A DNA stretch of 64,000 nt from Escherichia coli (GTDB lineage Bacteria; Pseudomonadota; Gammaproteobacteria; Enterobacterales; Enterobacteriaceae): the NCBI RefSeq assembly GCF_003018115.1, contig NZ_CP027457.1; one strand, written 5' to 3'. Below are positions 34,009 through 39,156 of the stretch, piece after piece; the first letter of the stretch is position 1, and the number at the start of each line of letters is the position of its first letter. The position numbers were made by a program, and so were the translations under genes. The notes beneath the pieces are model-generated. The model worked only from the letters and a program-made list of their open reading frames with translations. It did no database searches and was not told where the DNA came from.

Positions 34009-34014
34009 GCGCCT

Positions 34015-34228
34015 GTTTTTTGTAAATGTTTTCGGGAACGTTCCAGTGATGAACAAAAAACAACCCGATTCGACACTAAAAATTTTTATTCCTCAATATA
34101 TCAATAGCTTATAGTGGTGGTGATGGTGCCATAAAAATCAAAAAATGCGCCTTTTTCCGCGCCCCTCCGCCCCGTGGACAGGCCCCCCCCACCAGGAGTA
34201 CCTACAAAAAAGCCGGATTGCTCCGGCT
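34015..34228 (-). repeat. Copy 2 of ~215-bp island repeat
   Basis: See copy 1. The terminator AGCCGGA-ttgc-TCCGGCT plus a T-run (minus strand) lies immediately after the PerC-like gene. Confidence 0.85.
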
Positions 34229-34234
34229 GTGTGA

Positions 34235-34507
34235 TTAGCTGTCTTGGTAATTACACCATATTTCATCGCTTACACCATCTATACCCATTTCAGCATAAGT
34301 GCGATCTACTGCCTTTCTCAGGTCTCCGAAGTTATCCGGCGGCTCCGGTGGCCTCTGTGCCTTCCTGGAACATTCCAGCCGTCGCATCGTAACCTGATGC
34401 CGTTCCTTGTCTGTCTCCACCAGCTGCATGACTTCACCCCATCGCGCCGCCGCCCTCCGGTAAAATCCTTTCGCCTCGAGTTCCTCCGCTATGCGGTCAT
34501 GTATCAT
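34235..34507 (-). CDS. PerC-family-like transcriptional regulator (90 aa)
   Basis: The N-terminal pattern IAEELEAKGFYRRAAARWGEVM resembles the AE.LE..G..RRAA.RW signature I recall for PerC/Pch proteins. Confidence 0.5.
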   Translation of the reverse strand: MIHDRIAEELEAKGFYRRAAARWGEVMQLVETDKERHQVTMRRLECSRKAQRPPEPPDNFGDLRKAVDRTYAEMGIDGVSDEIWCNYQDS

Positions 34508-34772
34508 CGCCTGACTCTCCGGTTTTTACGTTGATGGTTGTTACCTGTTCCGCTTCGGCAATCTCCCGTTCTGTCAACGTGGCAAAGTTTGCCGCCGCTG
34601 TGGTCATGAATGCGCTTATCAGTTCGGGATGCTCCTTCGCGTATCCTTCCCCCGCGTGGCGGTCTATTACCCTGATTGCCACCTTTAAGGCGTGCTCTGT
34701 CATGTCTAACGCTTTATATTTCGGCTCTGTTCTGTCTCTGCGCATTTTGGTTATCTCCTCACTCATGCTCAC
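34497..34772 (-). CDS. Hypothetical island protein (91 aa, GTG start)
   Basis: ORF overlaps the downstream gene by 11 nt. Part of the tightly packed operon. Confidence 0.5.
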   Translation of the reverse strand: MSMSEEITKMRRDRTEPKYKALDMTEHALKVAIRVIDRHAGEGYAKEHPELISAFMTTAAANFATLTEREIAEAEQVTTINVKTGESGDDT

Positions 34773-34958
34773 TTTTACACCTCACTTTTTAAAGCGTCTC
34801 GCTTCGTCTCACTTGATATTTTTTGATGCTTTATGTGTGTGTTTCATAAGGATTTTTTTACTCCTCACTTTTGAGCATGTATACAGGTGAGAAAGTGAGT
34901 AATCGTGTTAATATTTTGTAAAAACCTCACCATTACTCACTTTTGCTACTCACTTTTT
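34758..34958. repeat. Iteron cluster (CTCACTTTT family) flanking an AT-rich core: candidate island replication origin
   Basis: CTCACT(T) copies at 34758, 34768, 34781, 34808, 34864, 34936 and 34949; CTCACC at 34926; inverted GGTGAG/AAAGTGAG at 34886-34899. The AT-rich stretch is 34815-34862. Lies immediately 3' of the replication ATPase gene. Confidence 0.6.
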
Positions 34959-36366
34959 ACAGTGGTCCTACATCATCACCATCAATGTAAATCACGGCGT
35001 CTTTTTCCAGTTTGGCTAACCATCGCCGCATATTTTTCACGTCATACCCAAGCCGTTTCATGTCATCACGTAACAGCGGGATCGTGCACTTGTCGCCGTT
35101 CTGTGTGCGTGAACGGATGCACCCCCATAGTGCGGTATGGTTTTCCGTCTTGTTGCCTGCCTCCTCGATGCGTTCCAGTTCAACGGGAGGGCGCGGCTTA
35201 TCCACCACCACCAGCGACGTGATTAACTCCCCGTCAGCGTCGGTAAACAGCTCCACCACGCGTAAGTCATATGCGGCTTCTTTGAGTTCCTCCGCGTCCT
35301 TCATTTTGGTGCATGAGATAACCAGCGCTTCGCTTCCTGCGTCCTCCCTGCGTATCCGGTATTCAGCATCCAGTGATGCACGAAATGCACTGGAACCGCG
35401 CGCGCCTTTCGTCTCATCCTTGCCGGAATGGTGAACCACCAGCACCGTGGCCCCTGTGCGTCGTTTCAGTTCGTCACAACCACGGATAAACGCCCCCATA
35501 TCACGGGAATCATTTTCATCATTCCCACCAAAGCAACGCGCCAGCGTATCCAGAATAATCATGCGTACAGGTTTACCCGTTTCCCGCTCCACCTGACGGG
35601 CAGCGATAACCATTTCATCAACATCAAGCGGGACCGCCGGAAAGATGGGACGGTTTACCAGATACAGATTTTTCACCTGCTCACCGTGCACAACCTCCCA
35701 GGCTTTTACACGACGCGGAACGCCGATACCGCCTTCACCAACCACATAGAGAACAGCGCCATGCGCCACCCTGCGGCCTCCCCACTGGCGGCCCGTGGAA
35801 ACGTGACACGCCCACGATCCGGCAAGGAATGATTTATAGGAACCGCTCGCCCCGTATATGCTGCAAAGCGACGATGCCGGAATAATCCCCTTTACCACGT
35901 AATCAAGCTGTGTGTCGTATCCGGTAGATCCAACGCTCATCGGTAGCGTGGTTTTTCGCTGGGGGATTTTTTTCATGACCAGGCTTTCCCCGCGTTCCCA
36001 TGCCTCCCTAAGCCGTGGAAGCTGGTCGCTCCATTCCTCCAGCAATTCGAAATTTTCAGAAAGTAGCCGCGCCTCCTGGACTCCGGCGATCGCCAGTTTC
36101 GTGGCGATGGTTAACAGCTGCGGCTCTTCAATATTTCCGGCGCGTATCACCGTCGCCCTGTATCGCCCATCATCAACAATCTGGAGGTTATCCAGTTTGC
36201 TTAACTGATAACGCCCCAGATAAACGGGAGGGACTGGATCGCCTGCTTTTTTGGCCTGTGCAATGATGTAATGCTCTGCGAATGAGTGAGCATCAATACC
36301 CGCAAAAATAATCGCATCGGTGTATTTATCTTTCGGTAATCGTTTTACGTTCGGTGCCAGTTTCAT
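34957..36366 (-). CDS. Replication ATPase, RepA/AAA_25 (RecA-like helicase) family, 469 aa
   Basis: Walker A GASGSYKS, Walker B RMIILDT and VVHHSGKD motif, typical of RepA-like helicases of plasmids and satellites. N-terminal ~140 aa unassigned. No zinc-finger or Toprim primase motifs seen. Confidence 0.7.
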   Translation of the reverse strand: MKLAPNVKRLPKDKYTDAIIFAGIDAHSFAEHYIIAQAKKAGDPVPPVYLGRYQLSKLDNLQIVDDGRYRATVIRAGNIEEPQLLTIATKLAIAGVQEARLLSENFELLEEWSDQLPRLREAWERGESLVMKKIPQRKTTLPMSVGSTGYDTQLDYVVKGIIPASSLCSIYGASGSYKSFLAGSWACHVSTGRQWGGRRVAHGAVLYVVGEGGIGVPRRVKAWEVVHGEQVKNLYLVNRPIFPAVPLDVDEMVIAARQVERETGKPVRMIILDTLARCFGGNDENDSRDMGAFIRGCDELKRRTGATVLVVHHSGKDETKGARGSSAFRASLDAEYRIRREDAGSEALVISCTKMKDAEELKEAAYDLRVVELFTDADGELITSLVVVDKPRPPVELERIEEAGNKTENHTALWGCIRSRTQNGDKCTIPLLRDDMKRLGYDVKNMRRWLAKLEKDAVIYIDGDDVGPL

Positions 36367-36662
36367 TTTTTACCCCTGAATCCGTTAATCATGGTTTTCA
36401 GCTTCTGGATGTTTGCCCGTGCCCTGGCGTTGCTGGTGGGCACGTTATGCGGCGCGGTCTGTACCAGAGAAAAATCACGCCGGAACTGATAAACAGGCAT
36501 CACGCAATCATATTCGTAACCTTCACGGCGGTAAGTTACGCACCGTCCCGCCACGCCCTTAATCATTACCGTGCCGCCGTACTGGTCGCGGTAAATATCA
36601 CCGCGCGTAAATTTAGGGTGAGTGTTGCCACTGGCAGTTAAGCCAGAATATTTAAGTTTCAT
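36363..36662 (-). CDS. Small protein, DUF4222-like (99 aa)
   Basis: The pattern YRDQYGGTVMIKGVAGRCVTYRREGYEYDCVMP resembles remembered DUF4222 proteins found upstream of satellite replication genes. ATGA overlap with the ATPase gene. Confidence 0.45.
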   Translation of the reverse strand: MKLKYSGLTASGNTHPKFTRGDIYRDQYGGTVMIKGVAGRCVTYRREGYEYDCVMPVYQFRRDFSLVQTAPHNVPTSNARARANIQKLKTMINGFRGKK

Positions 36663-36667
36663 TATTT

Positions 36668-36901
36668 TTATTCTCCGGTGTGCTGTTCGTTATATCTGTC
36701 GTGCAATGTCTCTATTTCCTGCAACTCATTTATTACAGGCTCAAGAAGCGTTATTAATGCCGTGGCAATTCTTGATTTTTGTTTGTCGCGTTCATTGTCG
36801 CCAAGTGTTTCAAGCCATATGCGCAATATTTCCATCATATTTTCACTGTGAGAAAGTGCAAGAAATACGCGATCTGTTGTTTCGTGGTAAATATCACGCA
36901 T
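36668..36901 (-). CDS. Hypothetical small helical protein (77 aa)
   Basis: ORF packed 1 nt after the upstream stop. Confidence 0.5.
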   Translation of the reverse strand: MRDIYHETTDRVFLALSHSENMMEILRIWLETLGDNERDKQKSRIATALITLLEPVINELQEIETLHDRYNEQHTGE

Positions 36902-36902
36902 A

Positions 36903-37124
36903 TTAATTACCGTCCGTTGTTTTTCTTAAAACAGCTTCTGTCACGAAATCGGCATAGTTAGCGGCAATATCAAGAATATTTAGCCCTGTATCTCTGTGCT
37001 CATCAGTGCAAAGAAAGAAAAAAGCCACCCGCATAATTTCAGATATTGACGAAAGCGCATCAGCCGCATCATCAGGAACGCCGGAAAATTCTTGTTTCAG
37101 GGAATAAAAACGATCATCACGCAT
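36903..37124 (-). CDS. Hypothetical small protein (73 aa from MRDDRFY)
   Basis: The ATG at 37124 overlaps the upstream stop (ATGCGTGA) and is preceded by a GGGGGGG SD-like run. Confidence 0.5.
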   Translation of the reverse strand: MRDDRFYSLKQEFSGVPDDAADALSSISEIMRVAFFFLCTDEHRDTGLNILDIAANYADFVTEAVLRKTTDGN

Positions 37125-37356
37125 AACCCCCCCCATTTTCACAATCAGTAATCAGGATGGTTTTAGCCTCATTCAGTGCCATATCAGCACTAAATTGCAT
37201 AACAGCCAGTGAGTGAGGAACGAAAGCCCCGGTATATTCTGTTTCGCTGGTGGCGTGCTTATGTGCCCTGTCCGCGATAACAGAAATATCAATCAGCGCG
37301 TGCATCAGCGTTTTGATGGCTTCGGCGGCTGCGTCCGGTGTGGTTTTATTGTGCAT
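37117..37356 (-). CDS. Hypothetical small protein (79 aa)
   Basis: ORF overlaps the upstream ORF by 11 nt. Confidence 0.5.
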   Translation of the reverse strand: MHNKTTPDAAAEAIKTLMHALIDISVIADRAHKHATSETEYTGAFVPHSLAVMQFSADMALNEAKTILITDCENGGGYA

Positions 37357-37675
37357 AAAGCATCCCCTGAATATTCGTGTTAATCATTCCGGCACGTTTT
37401 GTGATTTCCTGTAATGATTCCCTTGTGGCGACAATTGCTTCATCTGGTAAGTGGTAATTACACACCACGCGACCTTTATCCACATTGACCAGTAGCTGCC
37501 CTGTGAATTTCTCACGAAACTGAATGCGGTTAAGGTCAGTAAGTGACAGATTAATAATGGCGCACCTCCTGACGAATACGGGCGGCAAATACAGCAACAC
37601 AACCGGACGGGCAACGGTTACGCGCTTCGCGTTCCGTCCAGGCGGTGACGTGGATGATTTGAGATTCTCCGGCAC
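37346..37675 (-). CDS. Hypothetical protein, start uncertain (109 aa from GTG 37675; ~71 aa if initiated at ATT 37558 after AGGAGG)
   Basis: Long open frame overlapping the icd-like ORF out of frame. A strong AGGAGG (37570-37565) has no canonical start codon at proper spacing, only ATT. Confidence 0.4.
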   Translation of the reverse strand: MPENLKSSTSPPGRNAKRVTVARPVVLLYLPPVFVRRCAIINLSLTDLNRIQFREKFTGQLLVNVDKGRVVCNYHLPDEAIVATRESLQEITKRAGMINTNIQGMLYAQ

Positions 37676-37748
37676 TCAGGGCCAGAAAACGCCACACAAA
37701 GGCAGTTTGTGTGTGTACAAGGTGTGGTATATGATTTACGGCAACCAT
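37551..37748 (-). CDS. Small protein (65 aa), tentatively Icd-like (host cell division inhibitor family)
   Basis: GAGGAG SD 5 nt before the ATG. First gene of the leftward operon. The pattern FVWRFLALS..IIHVTAWTEREARNR..VFAARIRQEV resembles my recollection of Icd-like proteins of P4-like elements. Unverified. Confidence 0.5.
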   Translation of the reverse strand: MVAVNHIPHLVHTQTAFVWRFLALSAGESQIIHVTAWTEREARNRCPSGCVAVFAARIRQEVRHY

Positions 37749-37812
37749 AACGGCTCCTCGTTTACGTTGTTGGTTAGAAGCCCCGTTACTGCTCCTACAG
37801 TGCGGGGTTTCG
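37742..37812 (+). ncRNA. Candidate small RNA A (cis-antisense to the RBS/start of the icd-like gene)
   Basis: Promoter-like TTGTGT (37707-12) -17 bp- TATGAT (37730-35). Hairpin GCCCCG-17 nt-CGGGG (37780-37807) followed by TTTCGTCGTTTC. A homologous unit lies at 38453-38565. Confidence 0.35.
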
Positions 37813-37837
37813 TCGTTTCAACACCTTGCCTAAATAA

Positions 37838-37891
37838 GGTGTTGAACACCAATTTAAATCGAGGTGTTAAACACGTCAAGTGTTGAACACT
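37838..37891. promoter_or_regulatory. Three palindromic operators (GGTGTTGAACACC family) overlapping divergent promoter-like hexamers
   Basis: 37838-50 GGTGTTgAACACC (perfect); 37863-75 GGTGTTaAACACG; 37879-91 AGTGTTgAACACT (perfect). Minus strand: TTGACG (37879-74) -17- TAAATT (37856-51). Plus strand: TTGAAC (37883-88) -17- CATACT. Confidence 0.6.
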
Positions 37892-37940
37892 TATTTTTTT
37901 TCCTGCATACTGCATTTGTTTTTTATGAGGGGTGCTCAAC

Positions 37941-38120
37941 ATGGCGACAAAAGCAGTAAACGCAAAATCACAAACAGTTGCGGCAAGGGTTCCACATGAA
38001 GTTATGAACAATGTTGAGGCGGTAAAAATGCCCGGCGAAAGTACAGGGCAGTTTGTTACAGCTGCATTAAAGCGGGAAGTTGAATACCGCCAGCGTCGCA
38101 AGGCCAAAGAATCAGAATAA
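37941..38120 (+). CDS. Ribbon-helix-helix DNA-binding protein 1 (59 aa)
   Basis: ATG preceded by GAGGGG. TVAARVPHEVMNNVEAV..STGQFVTAALKREV fits a beta-strand/helix/helix (CopG/Arc/MetJ) layout. Confidence 0.65.
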   Translation: MATKAVNAKSQTVAARVPHEVMNNVEAVKMPGESTGQFVTAALKREVEYRQRRKAKESE

Positions 38121-38177
38121 TCACTATCAGCGCCGTGGTGTGAGGTACTACGGCGCATTGCTTTACAGGGCAGTATC

Positions 38178-38405
38178 ATGACCAACAACACACTATCACC
38201 AATACAAGACACGCAAACGCAAGATGATGAAATCATCCGGCAAAGGCAGTCAGAAGCCTGCGCCAGACTTGAGGAAGAACTAACCAGAACAAAAATACCA
38301 CCACCAGCGCCGCGCTTAGTGCCACCAGAAAAATTTGCCCTTGAAGATTTTGTCGATAAATACCCACGGCGGCTTAAATCCGGCAAAAACCGACCGCCTG
38401 GCTGA
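38178..38405 (+). CDS. Small protein (75 aa), paralog of 38856..39059
   Basis: MTNN.. start. Shares the motif F.L(E/D)(D/E)F(V/L).KY.R with the second copy. Confidence 0.5.
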   Translation: MTNNTLSPIQDTQTQDDEIIRQRQSEACARLEEELTRTKIPPPAPRLVPPEKFALEDFVDKYPRRLKSGKNRPPG

Positions 38406-38487
38406 GTGCACAAAACCGAACTATGAAACGGATTATTCCGTTTCCGGGGCGTTTGTGTGTGTATAAAGAGTAAGCTATGCTCTTTTA

Positions 38488-38565
38488 TAGCCATAATCGT
38501 TACCTCAATTAATGGTTTGGTTAGACGCCCCGTATGTGAGCCACCACTGCGGGGCGTTGTTTTTT
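38488..38565 (+). ncRNA. Candidate small RNA B (homolog of RNA A with a strong intrinsic terminator)
   Basis: TTGTGT (38453-58) -17 bp- TATGCT (38476-81). TTGGTTAGA, then stem ACGCCCCG (38525-32) / CGGGGCGT (38550-57), then TTGTTTTTTG. Confidence 0.4.
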
Positions 38566-38583
38566 GTATAACGGTAAGTACAA

Positions 38584-38624
38584 TGGTAATTACCATGTAA
38601 CTATAGTAATTAAGGGTAATTACC
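38584..38624. promoter_or_regulatory. Palindromic operators GGTAATTACC (x2, plus a degenerate middle copy) at the RHH-2 start
   Basis: TGGTAATTACCA at 38584-95, AGTAATTAAG at 38605-14, GGTAATTACC at 38615-24, abutting the ATG at 38625. Confidence 0.55.
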
Positions 38625-38798
38625 ATGTCAACACCATTGGAAAAGCGATCGCCTCCATACCAAATGCGGCTACCAGAAGAATTCAGAGCACAACTTGAAG
38701 AGGCAGCGAAAGCAGACGGTGACACTTCTTTAGCCACCTGGATCAAGCGAGTACTCCGAAAAGAATTACAGCAACGCGGTATTGAACCCAAAGGATAA
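38625..38798 (+). CDS. Ribbon-helix-helix (Arc-like) DNA-binding protein 2 (57 aa; below the ORF-track cutoff)
   Basis: Manual translation gives MSTPLEKRSPPYQMRLPEEFRAQLEEAAKADGDTSLATWIKRVLRKELQQRGIEPKG. The MRLPEE..L..AA...G.S....I pattern is typical of Arc/MetJ-type repressors. AAGGG SD lies 8 nt upstream. Confidence 0.6.
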   Translation: MSTPLEKRSPPYQMRLPEEFRAQLEEAAKADGDTSLATWIKRVLRKELQQRGIEPKG

Positions 38799-38855
38799 AA
38801 AACATCAGCGCCGTGGCGTGAGGAACTCCGGCGCATTGCTTTACAGGTACACACA

Positions 38856-39059
38856 ATGACCAACAAAGAATCAACCAATACACCATCGCAAAAAACGAAC
38901 AGAGAGCACGAAAATATGGCGTTCGAGCATGAATCAGAAAGATTCGCACCATGCGCTTTTGTCCTTGATGAGTTTCTAAAAAAATATTCACGTTCTGAAC
39001 GGATGAAAATGGCAGCACAATACGGCCCCAACAAGCAAGATAATTGCCCACCAGCCTGA
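38856..39059 (+). CDS. Small protein (67 aa), paralog of 38178..38405
   Basis: MTNK.. start with FVLDEFLKKYSRSERMK motif. Preceded by the conserved 44-nt hairpin block. Confidence 0.5.
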   Translation: MTNKESTNTPSQKTNREHENMAFEHESERFAPCAFVLDEFLKKYSRSERMKMAAQYGPNKQDNCPPA

Positions 39060-39127
39060 TCGCGGTTATCATGCCCGGGCTTATGATTGTTGACACATAC
39101 GGCGCAGCGGGTTAATTGTTCAGAAAG

Positions 39128-39156
39128 GTGGCTCCATTTCGGGGCCGCTTTTTTTA
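39128..39156 (+). terminator. Rho-independent terminator ending the rightward RHH operon
   Basis: GGCTCC-atttc-GGGGCC stem, then GC and TTTTTTT. Confidence 0.6.

Noticed and set aside
33844-34056. 70-aa minus-strand ORF in the capsid-operon leader
   Set aside because: It spans the strong terminator hairpin and the poly-A/T tracts (which encode KKKR runs), and it has no SD at its start. A 31-aa sub-ORF (MTSLNIAS..) lies too far from the AAGGAG to be convincing.
31596-34200. Possibility that the G-rich cores are P2/P4-type cos sites
   Set aside because: The 19-nt P2/P4 cohesive end as I remember it (GGCGAGGCGGGGAAAGCAC) is not present. Only loose G-richness is shared. The lambda-type ACGGGGCGG match is better, so the P2-type idea was dropped, and the lambda-type reading is kept only as a hypothesis.
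37941-39059. Reading the two RHH + small-protein pairs as classical type II toxin-antitoxin systems
   Set aside because: The downstream proteins are acidic or polar with no RelE/ParE/MazF/HicA-like motifs that I can recognise. The cassettes sit at the divergent-promoter switch of the island with matching operators. A repressor role is more economical, but TA function cannot be excluded without tests.
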